From Jimgerdemannia flammicorona (Eukaryota), in contig RBNJ01000088.1 in assembly GCA_003990765.1 (NCBI GenBank), positions 1 to 42,519 on the forward strand: 42,519 nt of DNA. The letters are read 5' to 3'. Positions 10,922 through 21,128 of the stretch are shown here, piece after piece. The notes under the pieces were generated by a model, which saw nothing but the letters and a program-made list of their open reading frames with translations, ran no database searches and was not told the origin of the DNA. A program made the translations under genes and the position numbers. The first letter of the stretch is position 1, and the number at the start of each line of letters is the position of its first letter.

Positions 10922-12460
10922 ATGCTCAAAAATATCGCCACCATGTTCGAACGCTTTGAAGATAACGATGTTGTACACCACATTGCTCACATTACAACTG
11001 GTATCTATTTCGCAGCAAAGGTCAATTATCAAGGAACGGCGCAAATATATATTATGAAAGGTGTGGTCAGCATTGATGACTACGATCCTAAACAATGCAC
11101 ATGGAACTATTGTCCACACAGAGGGGGTATAGAATATGGAGAATCTATGATTTCACGTAAGCCCGATCCATCAGATGAATTTAAGTTTGGATTTGAAACC
11201 ACAGAGTCGGGAACCCGGATTGTTGTTGCGGGAAACGACAATATCGAGCACAGATTTGCACACGATGAATTTGCTCCAATGTGGATGATTATCATCTGCG
11301 ATAACAATACCAATATTCGGCTAATCGATGTGGTTGCACACATTCCAGAGAATAACTCGCGTGTTGTCAGTCTGTATGTTAGACCTATCGAATATGTCGC
11401 AACGTCCCAGGATGGCTGTAGCTGTGTATGTATCCAGAATCAGACGCTGATTGTATGGAATACGAGTAGCAAATTGCGGATTGCACATTCAACTCAGGTA
11501 CCGGAGTGCGTGGGGGGTCGGGTCAGCATGGCGATTTCGGATGTTGGAAGTGACGGATTGCCCAATTGGATCGCGTTGAGCTGCGACAACACGATAACTA
11601 TTTTTTCGGGTTATGAACGTGGTGAATATACCAGAACACAGTCGGAGTTGTTGGGCCTGGTATATTGTATCAATGGAAACACTTTAATCATTGATGATTT
11701 CAGTGCACTGCATGTATCCATGCGTTCCTCTATATGGAAATTCAAGACGGTTCCTGTACCGAACAGCGAGAGATATCCTCTCCGACCATTAAAATTCAAC
11801 AAGATTCTGTGTGCATTGGGGGTAGTGGATGTGGATTCAGGCGAAATTAAACCACAGCTTGATTTTCGTTCTCGCGCTCACTATAAAGGCGATACCGATG
11901 CTGATGGACGAATTGTGATATACAACGATGATGCATTACACTACTACTATTCTAAGGATAGTGGACGGCATTTTATTCGTTCAGAGCTGTTGGAGAGATT
12001 CACCCTGTCTGATCTTCCAATGACAGTTATCGGAGTGGAAATTGTCATGTTGGATGGCGATAAATTTGCATTGACTATCGATGCCAATAACGATTTTGTG
12101 TGGTTTGGCTTGCTCAATCTGCGCACAAAAGCGCCAATGCAATATGTCAAGATGCCACATAACTATAGGGCTGAATTTAGACGTGCTGTTGCACACATTA
12201 TCGAGCACAACCAAATTCGCTTTATAATTCCAATGAAGGCTGATATTGGTGTGTGGAATGTTAATATTCCCGAATTCAAAATTCCTGAATTCGAAATCCG
12301 CGAATTCAAATGTGCCCAATTCAAAATTTCCGAATTCGAAATCCGCGAATTCCACAACCAACGCTTCACTTCATATTTGCTACATCCTGTATTCATTAGT
12401 TTATATGGAATTGCTATATGGTATATTTTGCACAATTTTGTATACGTGGTAAATACATAA
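10922..12460 (+). CDS. Hypothetical beta-strand-rich (propeller-like) protein with C-terminal transmembrane anchor
   Basis: 512-aa ORF with many short hydrophobic strand patterns and a hydrophobic C-terminus (LLHPVFISLYGIAIWYIL). The fold is a guess. Confidence 0.75.
   Translation: MLKNIATMFERFEDNDVVHHIAHITTGIYFAAKVNYQGTAQIYIMKGVVSIDDYDPKQCTWNYCPHRGGIEYGESMISRKPDPSDEFKFGFETTESGTRIVVAGNDNIEHRFAHDEFAPMWMIIICDNNTNIRLIDVVAHIPENNSRVVSLYVRPIEYVATSQDGCSCVCIQNQTLIVWNTSSKLRIAHSTQVPECVGGRVSMAISDVGSDGLPNWIALSCDNTITIFSGYERGEYTRTQSELLGLVYCINGNTLIIDDFSALHVSMRSSIWKFKTVPVPNSERYPLRPLKFNKILCALGVVDVDSGEIKPQLDFRSRAHYKGDTDADGRIVIYNDDALHYYYSKDSGRHFIRSELLERFTLSDLPMTVIGVEIVMLDGDKFALTIDANNDFVWFGLLNLRTKAPMQYVKMPHNYRAEFRRAVAHIIEHNQIRFIIPMKADIGVWNVNIPEFKIPEFEIREFKCAQFKISEFEIREFHNQRFTSYLLHPVFISLYGIAIWYILHNFVYVVNT
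12266..12352 (+). repeat. In-frame 15-bp minisatellite encoding (I/C)xEF(K/E) pentapeptides
   Basis: About six units, most centred on GAATTC, with a higher-order 45-bp duplication. Confidence 0.85.
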
Positions 12461-12535
12461 AAAGTAATTTTAACACATAAATGCTAGACTCAACATTTTT
12501 ATGAATTAAAATATTATGCAAACGATTTATTGCTG

Positions 12536-13951
12536 TTAATATATGATTTCCCAAATAGATTTAAATTCAACAATATTGGTAATGTATTCATCGATTTTCG
12601 CACGTTCATTACGTTTGTACAAAGTATCACAAATAATTTCTACCACATCTTCCTTAAATTGACGATTTCCTGTCAACAGCCACCCAACATGGTTTGCAGT
12701 GAGATCAAGACCCAGAGAGATATATTCTCTAACGATAATATCTGCAATCCATTCTTCATCAAATCTCAAATTGTTTAAATCATACCGAGTGAGATGATTC
12801 ATTGCATAAACCTTGGGATCGCTAGATCTGTTGCTTGAATCGGATTTAAAATCTATCCTAAATATCATATATATGATTTCCTGCGTCATTCTGTCAGCGG
12901 ATGATGCACTCCAACGTTTTTGTATTTTATTTCGGACTCGATCGTTGATTGGGACCGAACTCGATGTTTGTGCGTGAAATGTTCGGTAAACATTAGGCAA
13001 CCAGTAATCCATTGAGTAATCCATAGGCAAGTATTTCTCAAAATTAGTATCGGTAAGAGCCCCCACGATAACATCGCGTGCCATGTCGACAATGCGGTTA
13101 TATCCAAAAATTCCCATTACATCGTTTAAATCATCGGAATGTAGATCATGTGCCTTCAGTACAATAGATATCCGTGAAAGCGACACGATGCCACTTTCTA
13201 CAAAATAACGCAGTATCTCAGAATGTTCGACTAGTTCACCAAGGTCTTCGCGAAAAAATTCGTGTAGATCATCCACATTCCAAACATGTTGTAGACGATA
13301 TCCTTGCACGACAGCACTTTCCAGATATTCCCTGTTATTGATATATACTATGAGCAGTGGAACTGCAGTACTGATATATTGTGTGTCAAGATCATAAAAA
13401 TCTTCTGTACCTATACTTTGAATTTCATATCGAATATTTGATCTGGGTAGAAATTTACACGTTTTCAGGTGCGGAATTGTTTCATCTTCCAATATGATAT
13501 TACTACCAAATCTTTCTGCCACATGAAAAAAGTTCTCAGATAGATGTCTTATGATCTGCCAACAATCGTGATTGTAGGTTTTTGGATAGTTTTTGTGCAT
13601 CTCAGAATACAGTACGATCATGGTATCATACCGGATTGATTTGCTAGATGCAACATGTACCAAATGGCAAGAAAGATGGGCACCTCTTCCAATAAGCATG
13701 GTTACCAGGTCTGGTGTTAAGATCGTTGGATAGTTGATTATCGCACACTCGAGTGCATTAAATTTGCCAAACTCGTTGGACAAGAGTGCCGCAAAGGCGT
13801 GGGGGGCTGAGAATATGATGGCGTGCCACTGTTTGTTGGCCAGAGACATTTCTTTGAGGGTTTTCACTGTTGTGAATGACAATATGATGATCTGCACTTC
13901 GATCGCCAAACTATCCAATGTTAGCATTTTTTGTTTTGCATACATTGGCAT
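12536..13951 (-). CDS. F-box-like domain protein
   Basis: N-terminal LDSLAIEVQIIILSF....LKEMSLANKQWHAII fits the F-box pattern. Confidence 0.75.
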   Translation of the reverse strand: MPMYAKQKMLTLDSLAIEVQIIILSFTTVKTLKEMSLANKQWHAIIFSAPHAFAALLSNEFGKFNALECAIINYPTILTPDLVTMLIGRGAHLSCHLVHVASSKSIRYDTMIVLYSEMHKNYPKTYNHDCWQIIRHLSENFFHVAERFGSNIILEDETIPHLKTCKFLPRSNIRYEIQSIGTEDFYDLDTQYISTAVPLLIVYINNREYLESAVVQGYRLQHVWNVDDLHEFFREDLGELVEHSEILRYFVESGIVSLSRISIVLKAHDLHSDDLNDVMGIFGYNRIVDMARDVIVGALTDTNFEKYLPMDYSMDYWLPNVYRTFHAQTSSSVPINDRVRNKIQKRWSASSADRMTQEIIYMIFRIDFKSDSSNRSSDPKVYAMNHLTRYDLNNLRFDEEWIADIIVREYISLGLDLTANHVGWLLTGNRQFKEDVVEIICDTLYKRNERAKIDEYITNIVEFKSIWEIIY

Positions 13952-14012
13952 ATTTTTTTTTCATTTTTATATCAAAATGGCAGTTGTACTACACACATGA
14001 TCACGCTTAATT

Positions 14013-14020
14013 TATAAAAA
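14013..14020 (+). promoter_or_regulatory. TATA-like TATAAAAA element (representative; also at 4967, 18682, 21992, 23952, 26420)
   Basis: Mostly found ~26-45 bp upstream of plus-strand start codons, with similar motifs upstream of minus-strand genes at ~13970 and ~30865. Confidence 0.55.
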
Positions 14021-14051
14021 AGTTGTTATTGTTATTTTCCACATTATCACC

Positions 14052-14984
14052 ATGAGTTCTTCTTCTTCCTCACGGCCGCAGAAACTGGGTCGCATTATCA
14101 TAAATAGATTCACTCTACCAGATGGAATGTCCATATCCATGGGTTTGCACCGAAATGATACATTTCAGAAAGTAATTGATGCTATTGATAGTTCACACAA
14201 TCCCCATAAAAGGGAAATTCAGTTTTACAACGCTGCCGGACGGAGATTGACAATTGATGAGAATCCATGCAGATTTCCCGGTGATATACGTATAGAATTT
14301 AAAGAAGATAATGACACCGATTCTGTCACATCGGTGACCAATCGTAATGGTAAACGGTGGCGAGACGACGGTTGTGCCGAATCGTCGACAACGAACAAAC
14401 GTTGCAAGAGCGATTTAATAGATATATGGCGGTCATTTGTTGGCGATCCGTCAACTAGCGATGTTTGTTTCAAGGTTGATAATGGCGATCACATTTATGC
14501 CCATTCGAAGATATTGTCTGCGAGATTGGAGTATTTCAAAGCCTCACTCACATCGGGAATGAAAGAAAGTAATATGGTAAGAGACAAGACTTTGAAGAGA
14601 AACGTTATGATGATTGAAACACCAGATTTCTCATATGATATTATGAAGCTGATGTTGGAATTCCTTTATACCGGCGAGTTGGAGGAACCAGACCTTTACT
14701 CCATTGATATCTGCCGTGATCTTTATCGCATTTCCGACAAATACTTTATCGCGGAATTGGGTACAGTGGCTATAACCGAGTATAGAAAATTGCTTACTCC
14801 CCAAAATGTCATAAAAGAAGTGTTTGAATTTGGGCATTTATATCCTGAATTGGTTGAGCAGTGCGCATCTGTTATACAACTAGCGAAGAAAGAAATCGAT
14901 CCCAATGATATAGTTAAATTAGTAACGCACGAAGCACACTCTAATCATGCATTGATGGTTATTCTCCAAGCCCTAATTCAATAA
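14052..14984 (+). CDS. BTB/POZ protein with N-terminal ubiquitin/SUMO-like domain
   Basis: SDVCFKV..GDHIYAHSKILSARLEYFKASLTSGMKES...MLEFLYTG is a canonical BTB. The N-terminus resembles a SUMO/Rad60 beta-grasp fold. Confidence 0.88.
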   Translation: MSSSSSSRPQKLGRIIINRFTLPDGMSISMGLHRNDTFQKVIDAIDSSHNPHKREIQFYNAAGRRLTIDENPCRFPGDIRIEFKEDNDTDSVTSVTNRNGKRWRDDGCAESSTTNKRCKSDLIDIWRSFVGDPSTSDVCFKVDNGDHIYAHSKILSARLEYFKASLTSGMKESNMVRDKTLKRNVMMIETPDFSYDIMKLMLEFLYTGELEEPDLYSIDICRDLYRISDKYFIAELGTVAITEYRKLLTPQNVIKEVFEFGHLYPELVEQCASVIQLAKKEIDPNDIVKLVTHEAHSNHALMVILQALIQ

Positions 14985-14990
14985 ATTTTA

Positions 14991-17696
14991 TTATTGTACA
15001 ACAACCGTTACATTCGGTGGTAATAACGAAACATCTACATGCAGAGGGGGGATAGTGAGAGTCTGCAATTTGGGACAGCAGTTGCGTAGTATTCTTATGG
15101 TATTATCGTCGACTAATGCGATCTCACATATAGGTGTATCGATTTGCAATTCTACAAGATTGGGACACAATTCCAGTAACTCGTTCAGAGCTCGGGTGCA
15201 ATGCACATCGCTGGCAATCCGGATTCGCTCGAGTTTGCTGCATACTTTTAGCTGGTTCAGACAAGTGGATAGGTGTCCACCGTGCCCAAACAGCCCCACC
15301 TCCCGCAGCTCCGGCCACATTGACAGGACTTTGTGGTAAGTTCTGTTTTGAGGCGCACTGCCCGAACCATAGAGAGTGACCGATCGGATATTGGCACATT
15401 TTGCAAGTGCGGACGAGAACTGTGTAGTGTCGTTGTTGGCAAAATCGATCAAAGTGATCTTTACCAGTGTCTCCCGAATACGTTGCACATAATCATATCT
15501 AGAGTCGTATCCATTTGTTAGCAATTCTTCGACATTGGTTGCAAATCTTAAAACCTGTTTCAATGCTGCATCTTCCATACGCTTGTGTCGGTCGGTCCAT
15601 TCGCTTTCCCGATCATAGAATATTCCCAATCTGTATGGTCGAGATATCCGAATTATGCTAGACAGATCTTTTACATCGTCCTTGACTATATGTATCTCCT
15701 TGCCATCCGAATCTATCAGATTGTTTACAGTGATGATGACGGTATCGGTGACAAGGTGTGAGTCGGGGGTGGTGCGCAGCAGCCTTGCCAGCAGATTCAT
15801 GTTCGCGGGATAATCGATGTTGTAGATAAGGAATTGATGGTATGCGATGCACGCCTTCGCCGACATCCGCCACTGCATGCAAGCCTCCGACGCCTGTAGA
15901 AGTTCACTCAAACTGCTATTGTTGTAAAAATGGCGAAATACTTCACTCCATACCTCTGGTGGAAATATTGGCGATTTAATAAGTTTTTCATATTGTATGC
16001 TGGGCTTGGGTCTGCGTGGTTGCAGTAGACAGAATTCGATAATTGCCCATTCAGTCATGCAATTGCCAGCTGCCAACAGAGGAGTGTTTCCATGTATATC
16101 TCTCGAAGCAAGATTGGCGCCCAGAATTCGCAGCTCGAGAATAGCGCCAAACAGGTTTTCGGAAATGGCGTGGTGCAATAGCGTGCATCCATCGCTATCA
16201 ATAGCATTGATATCGGCTCCAAATTTATAGAAACTGCGGATCACCATTCTGTCACATCTGGATTTGATCAAATTCATCAATAGCGTATTGCCATCATTAT
16301 CAATCTCGTGGATATCTGCTCCATATTCTACCAGTGTTGAAATAACTTTGTCGGCGATCGCGCCATCGATTCGCCAGATGCGACTGAGCACCGTTTTGCC
16401 GTCTAAATTTCGTTGATTCACATCAGCACCGTGCTCGCAAAGCACCTGTATAGCACAGGAAGTATTTGCAAGATGCAATGCCGAATTGCCTTCTCCGTCA
16501 TCTGTACTAGCATTGGCATTTGCACCACGCTTCAGCAAATATGCAACGGTTGGTCCAAGGACGCCTCCGAAACTCAATGCAGCGATTAGTATTCTATCAA
16601 GATCGTATATTGTATCGTTGTCCCAAATAAGCTCTGCGATATTAATACGGTTGAATACCATTGCCTGCATCAATGCACCATTATCGCTAAACTGCACATG
16701 ATACTCCTTCATAAGAAGGGCTACCGTATCCACATATCCACCTATAATTGCCTGGTCCGCCAAATACTTTAGGCCATGACCATCTAAGCCGCCCGTTTCA
16801 ATTATATATCTAACACACGTTATATGATTGCCGTTCATGGCGTGATGAAGCACATTTTTCACATTTACGTACTGTCCAGTGGGATAGCGAAAAAACATGG
16901 TGGCTACGGAGATGGCATCATCGTTTTGCAGTAGCAAACTTTCCAGCAATTTCATCACACCGCCATTCACCCCCTCGCCCGTACAGGCAAATTCTTCGGC
17001 CTGTTTACCCATGATCTCGGCCACTTGCGGCATTGTTACAAGTCGCATAATTTTTTGTCCTCTTCGGACTGTAGAACTGACATTACCTCTAAAATTGTGT
17101 TTGTGAATACTGCGGGCCAGATTAAATAAACTATATGCAACAAGTATATGGTTCGATCCCAGATGGGCTTCTATCACATACTCGGCAGATCTCAACAGCT
17201 CGTGATTGCGATTGCCATGTCTATAGCCGATATCATGTCTTGCCAACAGTGCGACAATCGTGCAGAGCAATACAATAGATTCATCTGTATGCTGTTTTAC
17301 AGACAGTAGATACTGCGCGATTTGTTGGACAGGGAAGATGGCGTGTTTAGCTAATGCCATGGCAATTCGTTCGATATGTGGTATATCACATCCAATCCGA
17401 CATTGTAAGAATTTTTGAACCGCAGGATCGATGTATAGTGGATGATCTGACCGTGTAATATTGATAGGAGACCCATGTCTATTGGTAAGACACTCTCTCT
17501 CAATGAATGATACCGCGGAAAGTTCGCCAATCGCATCTTCGATACAGTCGTCAGAAAGTTGCAACGCCTCGTGTACAAAATGAAGCAACCCTGCATGTAT
17601 TCCATTTGCGAAAGCCAAGATATGGAGAATCTGCATTGCATGGCTCCCAAGAGCATCGATTGCTGCAGCCCACATAGATTCGTCTTGACTGACCAT
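14991..17696 (-). CDS. Multidomain TPR-like / ankyrin-repeat / F-box / LRR protein
   Basis: Ankyrin motifs (GNSALHLA, GADVNQRNLDGKT, GCTLLHHA), an internal F-box (FPPEVWSEVFRHF...ACMQWR) and a C-terminal LRR (CPNLVEL, CPKLQTL). Confidence 0.88.
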   Translation of the reverse strand: MVSQDESMWAAAIDALGSHAMQILHILAFANGIHAGLLHFVHEALQLSDDCIEDAIGELSAVSFIERECLTNRHGSPINITRSDHPLYIDPAVQKFLQCRIGCDIPHIERIAMALAKHAIFPVQQIAQYLLSVKQHTDESIVLLCTIVALLARHDIGYRHGNRNHELLRSAEYVIEAHLGSNHILVAYSLFNLARSIHKHNFRGNVSSTVRRGQKIMRLVTMPQVAEIMGKQAEEFACTGEGVNGGVMKLLESLLLQNDDAISVATMFFRYPTGQYVNVKNVLHHAMNGNHITCVRYIIETGGLDGHGLKYLADQAIIGGYVDTVALLMKEYHVQFSDNGALMQAMVFNRINIAELIWDNDTIYDLDRILIAALSFGGVLGPTVAYLLKRGANANASTDDGEGNSALHLANTSCAIQVLCEHGADVNQRNLDGKTVLSRIWRIDGAIADKVISTLVEYGADIHEIDNDGNTLLMNLIKSRCDRMVIRSFYKFGADINAIDSDGCTLLHHAISENLFGAILELRILGANLASRDIHGNTPLLAAGNCMTEWAIIEFCLLQPRRPKPSIQYEKLIKSPIFPPEVWSEVFRHFYNNSSLSELLQASEACMQWRMSAKACIAYHQFLIYNIDYPANMNLLARLLRTTPDSHLVTDTVIITVNNLIDSDGKEIHIVKDDVKDLSSIIRISRPYRLGIFYDRESEWTDRHKRMEDAALKQVLRFATNVEELLTNGYDSRYDYVQRIRETLVKITLIDFANNDTTQFSSALAKCANIRSVTLYGSGSAPQNRTYHKVLSMWPELREVGLFGHGGHLSTCLNQLKVCSKLERIRIASDVHCTRALNELLELCPNLVELQIDTPICEIALVDDNTIRILRNCCPKLQTLTIPPLHVDVSLLPPNVTVVVQ

Positions 17697-17869
17697 TATT
17701 AAATTTGGCGCATAAAAATGTCGAGTCTAGCATTTTTATGCGTCAAATTTTTGATTATGTAATACAATTGCGGTAATCATTTGACCGTGTGCCCATATTG
17801 TAAAAATCGTGTGCCCAATATATTGAAATTGTCTGACCGTATAGCATCGATTTAAAAACGTTAGACCTT

Positions 17870-18298
17870 ATGATTGTAAATACGGATTTGTGTATGATTA
17901 TCATGTTGATTGGTGCACTTGAAATATTAGTTGGATTCTCCGATTTATTTCTTGGATTGTTCTCAGATGGTTTCTTATTGGTATATGAATGTGGACTTGG
18001 GTTCAATCACCCACACCATCCCCCCATCATGTGTACCCAGGCTCAAATCATTGCCAACAATGCTCGACAAGGCATTCTCAATCCATCCTTGGGGATGGCT
18101 CTACAACAGCTTACAATTCTTCACAATGAACTTTGCAATAATAAGTGTGCAAACAATGACGAAATATATTATGCCATTGGTTATATACACAGTACAATCA
18201 AAGATCAGCCTTGGTATTCTTATATTCGTTTTACAGATAGTGATGTAGATAAGCAAAAATGTCATGCTATTCAAATATACAATAGGCATATGAAGTAA
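17870..18298 (+). CDS. Small hypothetical protein (true start possibly ~18029)
   Basis: ORF between two palindromes with no recognisable domain. Confidence 0.4.
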   Translation: MIVNTDLCMIIMLIGALEILVGFSDLFLGLFSDGFLLVYECGLGFNHPHHPPIMCTQAQIIANNARQGILNPSLGMALQQLTILHNELCNNKCANNDEIYYAIGYIHSTIKDQPWYSYIRFTDSDVDKQKCHAIQIYNRHMK

Positions 18299-18719
18299 TA
18301 AACTATCAAAATTTGTTTGCAGACCCTAATATAAATGTACAATTGCGTCTTGCTTGTGAATACAAACAAATTCTTGCCACATCCATCCATCTGATACCCC
18401 ACCTGTACAGCACGCTGAGCCGTCCATGGTTACTGAGGATGAACCAAGGATGGCAACGTCCACCACTACTACGCTTCCACCGATCGATAATTTTACAAAA
18501 TTGGATTTACGCGTCCAATGCAATCTGAGCATACCGAACAGATATAAAAGTTATCAAAACCAACTTTAATGCCCGTGTGTACCAATGCACTCGATTGACA
18601 TGTGACCTTAAAATTTGACGCATAAAAATGTCGAGTCTAGCATTTTTATGCGTCAAATTGTTATTGGATAGGCGTTAAAACTATAAAAAATGTCTTTTTT
18701 TTTTATTACTATTTCCAAA

Positions 18720-19538
18720 ATGGATAAGCTTGATGAATCAAACAGTGAGTTTATCCTCAAGTTGGTTGGGAGCGTAAAGCTACCAAGAGGAGCAAAAAAG
18801 AGGCCTAGCACAGCTGATATAAAAGAAATTAATCGAGCATTTATCTCACCTTCGGCAAAACAGTTTTTGGGGGAGGATATACAAACGAACAAGATGTATG
18901 AATCTATCGGCGATGCCCGATTGTACCTATTTGCAACCACGTTTCTGTACCATCGCTATGGAGAAGACTTATCCGAAGGTCAACTCACCGAATTGCGAAA
19001 GTACATGGTGGGTAATGACTTTGCGGTGATGGATATGGCGAAGCACCTCGGCCTGGCGGAGAGGACGCGCGGCATGACGGGAAAAAAGCTGCTGCCAAAT
19101 ACAGCGGAGAGCATAATTGGAGTATTGTTTAAGCTATATGGATACACCTTTACCGAAGTTTTCCTAAAACAATTATTCGATGCAAACTACAAAAACTGGT
19201 GCGAGGACAAGCACACCGACAAAACTAAAGAATATATTGCCAACCTCACCAAAATCAAGAAATCGACCAAGCTAACCCCGCGTAGTTTATTAAACGAACA
19301 CGTCCAAAAACATCCTGAAAGTTGTCTTTACAAATTCACACACGAAACGCACGAACATGGATGGATTGCTATTGTACAATATGGCAGACTCAGTTGTAAA
19401 TCCAAACCCTGTAGGACCAAAAACGCTGCTAATGATCATGCTTGCGAACTCATGCTAGAAAAACTGAAGGGAAAGTCTAAAAAGAGACCATTGGATGTTC
19501 CGGATATAGCTTCGGTCAAGAGACCACGTAAGAAATAA
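18720..19538 (+). CDS. Ribonuclease III family protein with dsRNA-binding domain
   Basis: YESIGDARL...LSEGQLTELR..MVGN signature, NTAESIIG second motif, dsRBD (PRSLLNEHVQK...KNAANDHACELMLEKL) and C-terminal NLS-like KRPRKK. Start placed at ATG 18720 (38 bp after TATAAAAA); the ORF track starts at 18690. Confidence 0.9.
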   Translation: MDKLDESNSEFILKLVGSVKLPRGAKKRPSTADIKEINRAFISPSAKQFLGEDIQTNKMYESIGDARLYLFATTFLYHRYGEDLSEGQLTELRKYMVGNDFAVMDMAKHLGLAERTRGMTGKKLLPNTAESIIGVLFKLYGYTFTEVFLKQLFDANYKNWCEDKHTDKTKEYIANLTKIKKSTKLTPRSLLNEHVQKHPESCLYKFTHETHEHGWIAIVQYGRLSCKSKPCRTKNAANDHACELMLEKLKGKSKKRPLDVPDIASVKRPRKK

Positions 19539-19542
19539 AGTA

Positions 19543-20169
19543 TTATTTGCTATACACTCCAGGCGCTCTTTTCTTGAGCCCGCCCTTCTTTACCAAGCGT
19601 TCTAGTGCATTTCGGATTGTATTGCGATCGCTACTGCTACAACATATCATATCACATGTAAATTCGTCATATTGTTCTGATACATTCAATACATATTGTT
19701 CCCAATCGGTCGAAAGATTCAGCAATTTCTCAATCTGCACGATAAACTTGTGATCGTGCAATGATGTATTCACAAGTGCCAGAACCGTGGATGGATCAAT
19801 ATTCTTGAATGTAAATTTGATCGAATCTATAACCGATACATCCACATTCATTTTGCATGTTGGTAATTTCACTTTAAATTTCTTGGTAGATTCTCTGCCT
19901 ATCTGTTTCAAAATACCCCGTTCTGCGCGTTTTCTCCGCGTATTCAGCAAATGTATTATATCGGTTCGGAATTCACAGTTTTTTGACATGGAATAAACGA
20001 GTGCCAAAACAAAATTTGGGTCAACCTTATCAATTGTAAATTTCATGTCGGTATTTACAACTACGGCATCTACAGCCATCGTGCAGGTTGGAAATTCGAC
20101 AGTTGGTGCAGCAACCACAGCTTTAGTTATTGGATCTCTTTTGCGTAGCTTGCGTTTAATTTTAGCCAT
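19543..20169 (-). CDS. Hypothetical basic protein with tandemly duplicated domain and C-terminal winged-helix-like segment
   Basis: FPTCTMAVD...MKFTIDKVDPNFVLALV is repeated as LPTCKMNVD...IKFTFKNIDPSTVLALV. The C-terminus is NTIRNALERLVKKGGLKKRAPGVY. Confidence 0.75.
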   Translation of the reverse strand: MAKIKRKLRKRDPITKAVVAAPTVEFPTCTMAVDAVVVNTDMKFTIDKVDPNFVLALVYSMSKNCEFRTDIIHLLNTRRKRAERGILKQIGRESTKKFKVKLPTCKMNVDVSVIDSIKFTFKNIDPSTVLALVNTSLHDHKFIVQIEKLLNLSTDWEQYVLNVSEQYDEFTCDMICCSSSDRNTIRNALERLVKKGGLKKRAPGVYSK

Positions 20170-20254
20170 TTTCAGATGATGAAAATATTTCGGGTATAGA
20201 CAATTATATATACTTTTTAAGCATAGAGATTTTATTAAACATATTTCTCATAGT

Positions 20255-20737
20255 TTATACTGAAGATGTAATATTACAACAAACTCCAATAAAACACGTA
20301 CAGATTAAAATCAACACAACAATAGTTGCAACTTCATTGATCCATAAAATGATAAGCGACTGAATATAGATCTCAATTAAATGAGGAACAATCGTTTGAC
20401 AGGGGTGAATGTATGAAATCCAAACCGATCCTAGAATGGGCCATACAAGACCAAAAATACTAAATAATGTGCTAACACCTGCATTGGGTGATCCTTTGTC
20501 ATCAGTCGAGCAGAAAATTATAAAGATACTGATCAAGAATATCCCAGAGCAAACGATTGCGCCAATCAAGAAGATGTGTATGAAATTGCCGCCTGTGCAG
20601 AGTCTGTCATTTGGACTCATGGAGAGACCCTGCACAGCGTTTACGATATTGTAGATATTGAGACCAACGTATACACACAGTGCGATCGCTACAAAACAGA
20701 TAACACCGCAAGCAGCTCCAGCTAATATGTCAAACAT
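20255..20737 (-). CDS. Four-pass membrane protein (TMEM272-like pattern)
   Basis: Four hydrophobic helices, a WPILGSVWI motif and Cys residues in the loops. Confidence 0.75.
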   Translation of the reverse strand: MFDILAGAACGVICFVAIALCVYVGLNIYNIVNAVQGLSMSPNDRLCTGGNFIHIFLIGAIVCSGIFLISIFIIFCSTDDKGSPNAGVSTLFSIFGLVWPILGSVWISYIHPCQTIVPHLIEIYIQSLIILWINEVATIVVLILICTCFIGVCCNITSSV

Positions 20738-20890
20738 CGTGTGGTAATGTTGGATGCTTTGTATTGGAAATGGCGGTTTTATATAATAAGTGTAATTTTG
20801 AGTTTAGCCGTCGGATCGTGTGCCCATATTGTAAAAAATCGTGTGCCCAATATAAATTGCTAAGCTATTTTTAAGTCGAATTCAACATTT

Positions 20891-21100
20891 TTAAGCGTTA
20901 AAATGATTACACTTCTTTTTTTTAGTTTTGCATCCCCGACACACCGTTCCAGGCTTCCGCCGCTTGCCAATATTCGTGGTGGCATGGGCAGTACATTTTT
21001 GCCTACGTTTACAAGCAGTACATTCATCTCTTTGCACCGTAACAATTTTGCACGTATAGTCACCCCCTTTGGGTAGTATTAGCCGATTTTTTTGTGACAT
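20891..21100 (-). CDS. Small basic protein with two half-Zn2Cys6-like Cys3His motifs
   Basis: CTACKRRQKCTAH and CRGCKTKKKKCNH, similar to the N-terminus of the adjacent gene. Confidence 0.65.
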   Translation of the reverse strand: MSQKNRLILPKGGDYTCKIVTVQRDECTACKRRQKCTAHATTNIGKRRKPGTVCRGCKTKKKKCNHFNA

Positions 21101-21128
21101 TTTTTTTTGATAATGAAATCTGGCGGGC

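Noticed and set aside
18313-18532. Short overlapping ORFs on both strands between palindromes
   Set aside because: They are about 70 aa with no recognisable motif, and I cannot choose a strand or support coding status.
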